NCBI GenBank assembly: GCA_965645245.1
Contig: OZ287074.1
Span: 1,240,001 to 1,304,000 of the forward strand
Length of the DNA stretch: 64,000 nucleotides
Reading direction: 5' to 3'
Source of the DNA: Massalongia carnosa
Taxonomy: Eukaryota
In this document: positions 24,762-35,857 of the stretch, one piece after another
Numbering within the stretch: the first letter of the stretch is position 1
Layout: each line of letters starts with the position of its first letter
Program-made: the position numbers and the translations under genes
Notes under the pieces: generated by a model
Told to the model about the DNA's origin: nothing
What the model saw: only the letters and a program-made list of their open reading frames with translations
Databases searched by the model: none

Positions 24762-24849
24762 CGCCCGTCCTGAGGATCGAACCCAGGCCACTGTGTGACA
24801 GTCTTAATGTCAGCATCCGCTGACACGCTAACCATTGGGCCACAGCTCC
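24762..24849 (-). ncRNA. tRNA-derived sequence (pseudo-tRNA / SINE-like head) with Pol III A and B boxes
   Basis: Minus strand GGAGCTG-TGGCCCAATGG (A box)...CTGGG-TTCGATC-CTCAG (T arm, B box); acceptor stem does not pair. Confidence 0.65.
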
Positions 24850-27682
24850 GTCTCTGGTTTCTGACCTTATTTGCCATCAAATATCAAATATGCTACAAGG
24901 CCGGAACAGCTTCAGGGGATTTTTGATTACGTAATTATATAGAGGGCTGAATCATGTGATCATCAACGAAGGAATAAACCTAATATGAACTTTTTGTGAA
25001 TAGGAATAACATTGATTGGTCAAAAGTTTAAGGTTTAGCGCTTTCTAAACAATGGTTTAGCTTGGGGGGTGCTAGAATGACAGCGAGAGAGATGTCAAAA
25101 GTTTTAATGTAGTTCCGATGGACTCGGAAATCATTCAGAGTATCTTACGTAACGATCTGCAGGGAGTACGCACACTTTTCGACCAAGGGAAAGCTTCTCC
25201 TCGAGATGTGGATCTAGACGGTTTCTCTTTATTGATGGTAACTCATCTGCGGTAGAGGAACAAATAATAAGAGGTGCTAATCGGTTTAGTATGCTAAGTT
25301 CACAGGATGTTCTGAGGTTTTTCGTCTGCTTCTATACGGTGGAGCAGATACACAAAATTGCAGGCTGTAAGCATTTCGTTCGTCATGTCAACTGATTATT
25401 GCAACCTTACTGATATCATGAGTAGTTATGGAAATAGTATTGACGTGATCTGGAGTATTTGGGAGTCTTTCTTCGGGACTCACCATGGCGTGATATATAA
25501 TGTGCAGGAAGATTATACCAATGACTTCGACCAATGTGTTAGCATGTCAGCTATGGTTTTGAATTATGGTTGCGAAATTGAGGATAGTACCCCCTGGAAT
25601 GTCTCTATTGCTAGTCCATTGTTTTCCTTACCATGTTACATGCTATCAAAAGCGCCTTGCTCGACGACAGGAAAAGTACTCGAGTATTTAATCAATGCAG
25701 GGTATGATCTGGAACAGCAAAATCACAAAGGGCAAACGCCATTACTGTACGCGGCGAGGCAACAAAAATCTCATATCCTTAAGTGTCTAAGAACATTCAT
25801 CAGAAAAGGCGCTAACTGCCATGCAGCTGATCCAGCAGGCCGTGGTGCTTTGCACTGTGCTTTGAAGCCTAAAAAGTTTACTCGTGCGCTCATGCCCCAG
25901 TTTAGTCATGACGAAAAACTTTTCTTACTCTCTTGGTTATTGAAGATGGAGAATGACACACACGTAGAAGATTACAATGACGACGGTTTCGACTCAGAAC
26001 CGCTAATATGCGAGAAATCAGAAGAAAGTTGGCACATTGAGCACACATGGCTAAGGACCTATTATCCTGAATTTTTCCGGGACTTCTGATAACAATGATG
26101 GTGAAGACGATGCCATTACAGACCAAACTATTGTCGAGGATGCTGATGTTGGAGAGGCGCGCTCTATTAATGAGCTTATAAGTGAATATAATTATGTTAC
26201 CGATTTCCAGGGCCGTAAGCGTATTATTCGGCATCCTCTAATTGCGCTAAAGAAGCGATTAAGATTTCGACTGCTTCTTTTGCTGCAAGCAGGATGCAAT
26301 CCGAATGTTCTTGACAACAAAAACTCCTTCCCAAGTGACTATGCTACACGGCATGGTCTTTGACCGCAATGGAGTTGGGCCCTTACGAATACTGGATACA
26401 TCTATGATACAATCAGCGGTCGGTGGGTAAAAAAGCCTCAGTGGGGGCAAAGCACCGATGGTTGAGGATTACTAGCCTTTAGATATATGGTGGAAATGTG
26501 GTTCGATCCTCTCGTGATATTTGGTTTAGCGATTCAGCATTGGCTATGTTGGGTTTCAATTTTACCATGATGGCGTATGATGTAGCCAGAGAAAAGTTCC
26601 TCGGAACCGATTACCTCGGGATCGTTCATCCAGAAGTATTTCGTTAATCCAGAAAACAATGTTTCTAACGTTCTACAAATACCCTCGATTTTATCATCCA
26701 TCATAAACTCTCACGACGGATCCAACGATGTAATTTCCACCCAAGAGCCAAGGAAGGACTAAGGAAAGGTCAAGTACTTATTCTTGCTACATACTACAAG
26801 GAGGAGGAGGCGGTTACCAAATGATTGTTGATGTAGTTAAGGAGAGCCAAACCTGGGCGATATAGAGTCAGGACCGGCATCATCATCATAGTTGCGATAT
26901 GTCAAGAAAAGAAAGGGCGATGGATGGATAGGTTTCCTTCCTATATGAAACAGCGTCAAATCAAAAACCCCCTTCAGCTTTTAGATGAATGTCCTTTTCA
27001 CGTCGATTTTTATTTGCCATCTATATAACTCACCCTCTATACTCCGTTTTACATTCCACGAATCACCTAACGTCACGTCCCGTCCCATCATGATGCATCA
27101 GTCCTCGAGTTGATCGGAAATGAAATGGAACTTGATAAGTTCCTTCCCCCCTTTTCTGGTTGGTTATTTGTTAGGTAGCTTGAATATTTCATTCGTTACC
27201 GTTTTCAGGTCCCATCTCCCGTCCCCAGGCCCAGGTCCTTTCTTTCGGGATGAAAAGGGGGAGGGAGGGGGAGAAATTCATTCCCCCATCATCCACCCAT
27301 ACCTACCTACCTACCTACGCCCTTCCCACTCTTCACCTCAAATCAACTCACTTCATCCCCCCCGGAGTCCGCGCTGTTCCCGTTCCCCTGCTGATCCTGC
27401 TCCCGGTCCTCTCGCCTCTTCGCTGGAGCAAATAAAAAGAAACTGGTCTGCACATAGGGATAGTGATAGGGATATCAATAGAGATAAGGTAGGTAAGCAG
27501 GTAGGTAAGACTATGAAACATATAGTAGACAGCCGCCTTTTCGCTCTCAAAGTCGTTCGTAATTTACATATCTCAACCATGCATACGCCTTCGCTAGACA
27601 AACCCCGACTCATCCCTTCTTCACCAGCCAACCAATCCCCCCGCCCCAACCCCCCCCCCTCTAACCCTCCCATCCCACTACC

Positions 27683-29806
27683 TCACCAGTTCCACGTCCG
27701 ACTACTTGCCGTGAAAACCGGGGGTTTCCACCGCAAGCGCTCCGGATCAATGCGGCGGCGCCCGCCCTTCGCGCGGTCTTTCTCGCGCTGCTTGGCCTGC
27801 TGCGCCAGCACGGCGTCGGTCAGCACGAGCACGTGCGCGCCTTTGCTGTAGCGCAGCATGTTCAGGTTCTGCAGCGTGTGTAGCACGTCCGGGGTGGTCA
27901 TGGCGCTGCGGGCGCCGATCTCCTCGACGCTGATTTCCGCCGTGGCGCCCGCGCCACTGGCTGCTGCGGCGGCGCTGGCAGAGGTGGAGGTAGAGGAAGT
28001 GGCGTTGGCGGCGGCAATGGCGTCCGTGAGGACATCAACGACGGTTTGGGCCCAGTAGGCGCGGTAGCCGAGCAGGCCGAGGTCGCTTAGCGGTTTCTCT
28101 GGGCTGCCTAAGCGGCCTTCGCGCTTGCTGAGCTCGTAACTGAAGGCGATAAGCAAGGAGCCATAGCCCTTACGCTGGTACTGCGGCAGCGTCAGGATGC
28201 ACGCAACGTTGTAGCCCTCGGCGGACTCTTTTTCCTTGCTGAAGTAGCCGACGAGGTGGCAGCCGTGCGCGTCGCGGCAGACCATGCAGTAGAAGAGAAA
28301 GGGATCAACATCGTAGTAGAGCGTTTTGTGATCGAGGAAGAGCTTGCTGAGCAGACAGAGATTGCGGCACCAGCGGCGCTGACGCCGGCCGTCGATCTCG
28401 AAGAACGAGCAATGGTCGTCGCGGTAGATTTCGTTGCCGGGGGGGTGCAGCAGCGTGCATTTGGCGCGGTGCCGCTCGAACGCCCGCAGGCTGTCGGCGT
28501 AGCTGAGGCAGAACTCGCAGATGTAGGTGATTTCGGCGTGCGCGTACGAGGCCGGGTAAGGGGAAAAGTACCACGGTTCGATCTGGAAGGCACCCATTTG
28601 GACGTGCCCCAGGTTGCGCACGCGCGACACTTCGGCCTGGTTCTGTGTCATACTGCCACCGGTCCGAAGCTTTTCAATCTCCTCCTCGCGCGAGCAGGGG
28701 CCGGCTTGGGCTGGGTTGGACGCTTTGGCGACAGCGGCGGCGTCTTGGATGTCGACAAGGTCGAGGTCTGAGTCCTCGGGTCTAGGCGTGCCACCTACGC
28801 CAGATATGAGGTGGAGATCGGGCGCAAGGACGGAGATGGAAGCATCGCTGCCCTGGCGGTTTTCCTTCCCGCCAACAAGGCTGGGTCGTGGGGCCTTGCC
28901 CTGCGTGTTGCCCGTAGAGACGCTCAGTTCGGGGGTTTCCGAGTTCTTGCGGCTAGACGTGGAGGCGCGGGGACGTTTCTGGCCAGCGGTAGATTTAAGG
29001 GCAGGGGCGGATTTGAGAGTTGGGGCATTGGCCTTTTGAGACTTTTTAGGGGGTGCTTCAGGGGCGGGCCATTCCACTTCTTGGGTAAGGTCAATGCGAG
29101 AGGCGGGGACCCATTCTGGGTGCGGGATTAGTGGTTGGATGAGAGTTAACAGGTGGATAGTCACATACCGTCAAGTCGTTTGTTGAATTCTTCATAGTGG
29201 ACGCTTGGGACAGTTAAGGTAAGGTTCAAAGTCGGCTTAGACTGGGGGCTTACTAGTAATGTGGCTGTCCTTTTCTGCTTTGAATGCGCAGAATCTCTGC
29301 TTTTCTCTTCTCATCATCCTGGAATATATGTTAGTATAGGTTCAATCAGGTCCGTTTTCCCATGAAGGTCTCCCGCCCCATGGAAAGCCTGAAAAAAGGG
29401 GTAAACTTGACCGAGAAAGCAGTACAGCTACAACAGGTGATACAAAAAGGCCAGAAAAAGCAGCTCAATCATATAACTCGACCAAAGTAAAGAACAACAA
29501 ACAACAACGAAGCTAAAAAATCCACCGCTTCAAAATCAAAACCACGGAGCGCAACATCCCACGCCCTTCAAAGCCGTACCTTCTCCACGAAAGCTTTCAC
29601 CCCAATCCTGACTCCCACCCCCGAAAATTAGCCATAAAATCCACAAGTTCATCACCCAATACCCATCCGACAGGACCCAATCGCGACTTATTCAAAAACT
29701 TTCATGCAAAATGGAAAAGATACCTCAAAGTGCTAATCGTCGCAAAACCCCTTTCCACTAGATCCGGGGTGCTGGTGCGATCCTGCGACGCATCCCTGGG
29801 AGCCAT
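27683..29806 (-). CDS. ESA1: MYST histone acetyltransferase Esa1 (NuA4 catalytic subunit), 5 exons
   Basis: Chromo-barrel 'KAEIL...[16 protein letters not shown]', 'WYFSPYP', '[11 protein letters not shown]', 'QRKGYG', '[11 protein letters not shown]', ends 'RTWNW'. Confidence 0.95.
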
Positions 29807-30193
29807 ATCGAGAGCACAGGCTCGAGAAGAGGTTTAAGAAGTTCTGGAGATGGGTTTGAATGTTTGTGGAGAGTTGTTGATGGATTTAAAACAGTTGCTG
29901 GTGATAGTGGTGGGTGGCGATTGGTGGGGGAAACGGTTAGGCTACCACAAGCTAATATATCATAACTAGGGTACTGAAGGGCACAAGTCAACGTGTACAG
30001 GCACGTGAGCTCGTGTTGCGTCAAGGACATCCCAAACTCCCGCTATTTTGCCCTACCTATTCCGCCATACGCATTCCACAGCTCTTCTTACAACATAACC
30101 TCTCATCAATCCATCATCAATCAATCATCAATCAATCATCAATAATAATCCGTTCTTCCCTCCCAACCCTCTCCTCCTACCCCCAGAATAAGA

Positions 30194-30923
30194 ATGCTTG
30201 CCATCCACCCCCCTTCCCCCCGCTCCTCCCGGGTACCAAAATGCACGCCCCACCTCCTCCCCTGCCGTATCCATCATGACGGTCCCGTCAACATCACGCG
30301 TCGATACTGGGATCCCAAGACCGGCGAAGGTGCGTCTCTACATTAAAATCTATTCCCCCGACCCCCCTTGGGGGGACCTACTGTTCTACTTTTGTGGGAG
30401 GGAACATTTTCGCTTGGGTTGCCTCCAGTGGGAGGGGGGAACATGTATGAGAGGTGAGATTAGAAAACTGAAAGCTAAGCATCAACAGATGGGAAACCGG
30501 AAGCGTACTTTCGTGGTCGAAAGCTTCGGGGGAGGGAGGTGGCGGTGCCGGAAGGGTATAGGGGGGTTGTGGTGAAGAAAGCGGACGGGGAGGAGGGAGG
30601 GAAGAGGAGAGACGAAGAGAATGAAGAAAACAGGAAGAAGGAAGAAGAATTGGAGGAGGAGGGGATAAAGGTGCTAGAGGAAGTCGCTACTTTTGAGGAG
30701 CTGGTGGTGTGGGGACATGAAGCGGTTCCGGAAGCGGATGATGTTTTTGTTAAGGGGGTAGAGGAGTGGATTCGGTTTGCGGAAGCGGTGAGTTTGGTTC
30801 TTTTTCTGGTTTTACTAGTTTCGTGTTTGGGGTGATGGGAAAGGAGGGATGCTAACTTGGATGGTGTAGATACATGCGAGTGGAGATGGGGATGGGGAAC
30901 AGAGGGGGAAGATGGAAGGTTAG
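30194..30923 (+). CDS. RNH203: Ribonuclease H2 subunit C, 3 exons
   Basis: 'KCTPHLLPCRIHHDGPV', 'AYFRGRKLRG...VPEGYRG', 'VWGHE', 'EEWIRFAEAIH'. Confidence 0.88.
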
Positions 30924-31098
30924 AAGCAGAGTATTGTTGTGTCTAAACTGTGCTTTTATTTAATGGCTTTTGTGGGGGGGGGGGGGTGGAGAAATCTACA
31001 AGGCAATGTACTCAATATCGCAGCAATCGGTCCTCATCTGACCTGTATTGGCTCGTTGGCTTCTTTCAGCTTTATATATTTCTTTCCAAGCCGAACTT

Positions 31099-31653
31099 CT
31101 AATCAGGCTCCACACCTTCCACGACATCTTCTTCAACTTTCTTCCTCTTCTGTTCCTTCTCCCACTCCTTCCGCTCTTTCAAGAACCGCTCTTTCCTCTT
31201 TCTATACCCCTCATGTCTTTTGCACCTTTCCCAAAACTCCCTAAAAATCCGACTAGCTTCTTCCTTCTCCTCCCGCCTGTCACGTTTGACGCTTTTCTTC
31301 AACTCTTTGCCCGCTCCGTCGTATTTCCTGCCCCCTTTATGATTCACGTACCGCTTCGCGCGCGTCATGCCCATCTGAAGGAATTTGCGGCACATGTCCA
31401 TACCCACAAAATCTCCTTTATCGTATTCAAGGAATTTCTCCCACAGGGACGCTGAAGATTCTTTAGCGATAGGGACGGTACGGAAACGCTAGAGCGGAAG
31501 AAGGGTGGATTTGTAGGGCTCAAAGGTCATGACTCCCTGTTCGCCGCGACCGATGTGGTAGCCCATCCGGAGTGCGGTGGATTTTTCGGAGGCTGTCATG
31601 GTATGGTGGAAGAAACTTTCGCGAGTGCCTACGGAACCGTGATTTGTTGGCAT
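31099..31653 (-). pseudogene. DUF4385-family protein with an in-frame TAG
   Basis: 'YHIGRGEQGVMTFEPYKSTLLPL*RFRT...DFVGMDMCRKFLQMGMTRAKRY'; stop at 31489-31491 where Trp is expected. Confidence 0.75.
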
Positions 31654-32526
31654 ACTCAAGCCTCGGCAGAAATACTCTCAAAGTTATCCCAACATCATGG
31701 TCTTGAAAATCAGTGGTAATCCTGTTCATTAAAGGTGGGTGCGATGGGACTGAAAGGTTGTAAAACACAGTACGGGGTTGGGAGGACGTAAGGAGCTTTA
31801 TGCCACACTTTTGACATCCGCTAGCCAGACATGCCACATTGAACTAGTGTACTTCACATGTTATTTGAGCGACTTGTAATCAAGTGTTAATCATAGCTAG
31901 GAGTTCTTCATTGAAATCGCTCGATTTTGCATATCATCGATCTTTGAAACGCGTATAAGAACACAACTCTAAGACGCGGCGAGGCGAAGACTTGGAGAGC
32001 AATGGCTCAGAACTTCTCATGCGATGAAAACTCTCTTTGAATGGACTGCAACTAACCGTGTTTGGACAGCGGATACAGGTATTGTCCGAAGACCGACCGC
32101 GTCGGCTTGGTGTTGATTCGTTGGCGTCCACAACATGACATGATTCAGCCTAGAAGTCAGGAACCGATAGCTTTAGTCATTGACTAGTGAGATGCTCTGT
32201 GATGAATCCTAGCGTAGAATCATGGTTCTATTCTCAAGGTCCACAGCTGGAACGGACCAACATAACGCCGCTGCCGCTGCCGGCACACTACATACCTAGT
32301 GCATTCTTCATAATCCCTGTAACATATTGCACCACAAAGCGGAGACTGCATGTGATTGGTACCTGAACAGAAACGGTCCCCAAAGTACCTCAAATTCTGT
32401 GTAACTTGCGTACTCATGGATAGTCATAGCCTAGGCCGATGGTGTACTGTTAAATTTTCAGTTATATCTTAGTTTGAAGATCTGCAAGTACACGTTGCTA
32501 TTCTCCTTCCCATCACAGCTTTTGTC

Positions 32527-34092
32527 ATGGCCGTTGTCTCGCGCTCGTTTGGCTCGTTGCGCACCTATGTAGGATCGTTGACCTGGGGCCCACTGGTCAG
32601 GCTCTCCCGTGGAATGGTACTGGGCCTGTTGCAACGCATTGAGCTGGGAAGAATTGTAGTAACGGATAGCGACGGAACGGTGATAGTATGTGGGGTGGCT
32701 CCGACCAAGGCTGGTTGGCCGCAAACCGAGATAAAGGTGTTGAAGGAAACCTTCTGGGTGCGGGTGCTATTGTTTGCAGATATGGTGAGCTATGTGGGCT
32801 GAATGCCGAGACGAGACAAGGTCTTTGTTCATGGCATCCAGTTCGGGAAAGCTGAGAAGGGCGGTTTCTAGGGTTTTGCAGAAAGCTTCATGTTAGGCGA
32901 GATTGTTTGCCCAGACCTCGTCGCCTTTTTCCAGGTGCGTCTTTCGTGCATCAGAATCTTTCATGAAGCCATTGGCTATTGGGTTGAGCTAATGGTGACA
33001 GATCTTCATCCTGAATCGTGCCCAGCTTTCGAATGCGACAACCTTCACCTCCTCCATCGCTTCCACCATCACAGGCCTCGCTCGCAGTACGAACACACTC
33101 GCCAACTCTCAGCTGAATGTCTCCGCGCATTACGACATTAGCAATACGATGTTTGCAGCCTTTCTCTCCGAAGACATGACATATTCCTGCCCGATATGGT
33201 CGCCAATCGCTGAACCCAAATCCAAAGATGAAACGCTAGAAGCCGCGCAAGAAACGAAGCTGCAACACTTTATTACCGCGGCTAGGATCAAAGCTTCCGA
33301 CCACGTCCTTGAAATTGGCACTGGGTGGGGGAGCTTCGCAATCGCCGCGGTGAGGAGGACAGGCTGCAGGGTCACCAGTTTGACTCTAAGCAAAGAACAA
33401 AAAGAGCTAGCAGAGAAGCGCGTAGCAGTTGCGGGTTACACTCATCGTATCAAGGTGCTGCTTTGTGATTATCGGGCATTACCCGTTCCGAACGGGAAGC
33501 TTTATGACAAGGTAGTAAGTATCGAGATGCTCGAGGCTGTTGGGCGTGAGTACCTTGAAACGTACTTTGAATGTATAGATCGACTTCTGAAGCCACAAGG
33601 AGGGATAGCTGTGTTCCAATGTATCACGATGCCAGAGACTAGGTACGAGGCGTATGCCAAGGGCGAGGATTTTATACGAAGATACATATTTCCCGGGGGT
33701 CATCTCCCGACCGTAAGCCAACTGGTAGGGAGTATAGAACGGGGATCGAAGGGGTCATTGATCGTCGATGCAATTTTGAACATAGGAGGACATTATGCAA
33801 AGACTCTTCGATTTTGGAGGGAGAAATTTGAAGAGAGCTTTGATACTAGTATCCGGCCTGCGTTGTTGGATGAACATAAGGAAATGACAGAAAAGGACGT
33901 TGAGGTCTTTAGAAGAAAGTGGGAGGTTCGATCACTCTTGTCATCGTGCTTGCTGGTTAAAGATTACTAACCCAGTTGCAGTATTATTTCACATACTGTG
34001 AGGCTGGTTTCAGTTCCAAAACGCTAGGGGACGTGATTCTTACGGTTGGACGTGAAGGCGCAACGGAAATGCTCGAGGATATTCCACTCTAA
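32527..34092 (+). CDS. Cyclopropane-fatty-acyl-phospholipid synthase-like SAM methyltransferase, 4 exons
   Basis: 'HYDISN', 'MTYSC', 'VLEIGTGWGS', 'SIEMLEAVG', 'YIFPGG', 'YYFTYCEAGF'. Confidence 0.9.
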
Positions 34093-34274
34093 GCAGCTGG
34101 AGCAGCTTTTTTGAAAGAGCTTAGCTCTAATTAGTAGATTTAAACATGATTGAGTAAGCCGAGCGATCAATCTTTGTGTCTCTGTTCTCTCACCCTAGGT
34201 TACCCCCGTAAGTCGAGCAGGCAGAGGACGGTCTATTTCCCCGAGACATCCTGGCGTATAGAATCAATTAACTT

Positions 34275-35312
34275 CTAGCTCACGAGAAGAGTGCTTCCTT
34301 TCCTGGCCTTCTTATTCTTCCCTTTCTTGCTTGAGATCTTCGACCCGTCGTTCCCGCTTTCCCTATCTGGTTTTTCCCTGTTTCCCCAAGCTTTGGCATG
34401 TACCCTTTCGAAGCCTTCCTTCTCCTTTCGAAAAATTAACATAGTAGCCCTGGCATCCTCAACGCTCGAATGTTCTCCGCCTTGGATATCAACTCCCAAC
34501 ACATCTCGTGCCAACTTTTTTAAGCTTGGCGTTTTCCCTCCAGCCAACTTTCGAAATCCTGGATATCTGCTAGTGTCCCGAATGTCTCGTTTCGGATGTC
34601 CTAGTAACAGCGCATCGAGGTCATATCTAATCGCGTGTCCTACCAGAATTCTACCATCCAACAACTTCGCAACATCCGCCTGAACAGCCTCGAGAGTTCG
34701 AGCAGTTTGTAGAAGCCGCGGCGTAATTCCAGATACAAATGTGCGATAGTCCGTGACTGGTTCCTTAGGAAGCACGAAAGAATCGTAAAGCTGATTACCA
34801 TGATAATCCACGACCGAAATACGTGCTAGCGCCGAGTCCTTTTCGGGCTTCGGGCCCACCCCCACCATTTCACAGTCTAAAGCAATGTATTTGCCCGCTT
34901 CATCTATTGATGACAGACCTTCGTTTGTCTTCTCTCCCACATTATAAGTTTTTATAAGCGGCCTGCTTTTGGCCGGAGTGCCGTATGCATCTGCAAGATC
35001 TTGGGGAGAGATATCATTATCTTCGGCCCACAGTGCTAGCGATGCGGAAGAAGCGAACTCTTTGTTACTTGATGATAGCATGGCCATATTTCCAATATTG
35101 CTTGAGCTAGTACCCTTCCATGGGCCTGGCACGATAGAATGAACCTCTTTGCGACGTTTTACGCTATTCTGGTGCGGCTGCAGCACATTGTTAGTCGCTT
35201 TCCTTTTCGGAGGTTTCGAAGTATCTTTCTTAAGTGCCTCTTGGAGTTTTTTCCAATTACTTGATAAATCTTTCAAGTCCATGCTTGAACGAGTTGTAAT
35301 GTTTGGTGACAT
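34275..35312 (-). CDS. REX4: RNA exonuclease 4 (DEDDh)
   Basis: 'LSSNWKKL', 'YIALDCEMVGVG', 'ILVGHA', 'HSSVEDARA'; start may be the second ATG at ~35282. Confidence 0.93.
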   Translation of the reverse strand: MSPNITTRSSMDLKDLSSNWKKLQEALKKDTSKPPKRKATNNVLQPHQNSVKRRKEVHSIVPGPWKGTSSSNIGNMAMLSSSNKEFASSASLALWAEDNDISPQDLADAYGTPAKSRPLIKTYNVGEKTNEGLSSIDEAGKYIALDCEMVGVGPKPEKDSALARISVVDYHGNQLYDSFVLPKEPVTDYRTFVSGITPRLLQTARTLEAVQADVAKLLDGRILVGHAIRYDLDALLLGHPKRDIRDTSRYPGFRKLAGGKTPSLKKLARDVLGVDIQGGEHSSVEDARATMLIFRKEKEGFERVHAKAWGNREKPDRESGNDGSKISSKKGKNKKARKGSTLLVS

Positions 35313-35353
35313 GGTGCGGGGGGTGTTACGTAGATAAAACCTATTCCGCGTAG

Positions 35354-35363
35354 GTCACGTGAC
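35354..35363. promoter_or_regulatory. Palindromic E-box GTCACGTGAC (Cbf1/bHLH-type site) upstream of REX4
   Basis: Perfect palindrome ~40 bp upstream of the REX4 ORF; GTCACGTG also occurs upstream of the GILT gene and between DIB1 and LIA1. Confidence 0.4.
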
Positions 35364-35857
35364 TATGTATCTTGACGCCACTAAGTAAGTATCCACAACA
35401 GCCACTGAAATACAAGAAATCATTAGTAATATGACCCCAAATATTGGTCTTGAATTAGTATATAACCACTAAGGCAGGATCCGGTTTCACTTTCAATACG
35501 AAGAAAATGAGTTCGTCAGATACGTAGCACTTTGGCTGACAAAAATCCTCAGGACAAAGTTGAGGATACTCTATGCCTTATTTTCCTACCATCACTTTAG
35601 TAGTAAAGGGGCTTTGTAAGCTATCAGTAAAATACTTCACTGCGCCAATCTTGAAATCGCTTATGACGCCGCCATAACAGTATTGTAAGGTATCAACTTG
35701 TACATTTGACATGTAGAAATTCTTTGCTTCTAGTGCTCATATTCGACAGGACTAGAGTGAACAGGAGCAGTTTCCTGTTGGCAAAGAGCGACAGATGCCT
35801 GCTTCTCCAGTATGTACATTTGAAGGCCGAAAACTCAATTCCTTCATCCCCATCAAC

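Larger units (their letters stand above)
19882..25089 (+). mobile_element. piggyBac-superfamily DNA transposon (defective) with terminal inverted repeats and cargo
   Basis: Perfect inverted repeat CTCTCGCTGTCATTCTAGCACCCCCCAAGCTAA (19882-19914) / TTAGCTTGGGGGGTGCTAGAATGACAGCGAGAG (25057-25089) flanking a piggyBac-like transposase; host reading frame is interrupted here. Confidence 0.9.
18152..26465 (+). pseudogene. Clr5-domain / ankyrin-repeat protein gene, disrupted by a transposon at ~19884-25087 plus frameshifts and a stop
   Basis: N-terminal Clr5-like 'EEWEVWREKLVWLYKENN...MAKDCSFVIT|DKQLRHRFQKWDVKK'; resumes after the element as 'RDVKSFNVVPMDSEIIQ...FDQGKASPRDVD'; ankyrin repeats 'GQTPLLYAA', 'GRGALHCAL'; frameshift ~26075, TGA at 26361. 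Confidence 0.8.

Noticed and set aside
24762..24849. Functional tRNA-Asp gene
   Set aside because: Acceptor and anticodon stems do not pair; kept only as a tRNA-derived element
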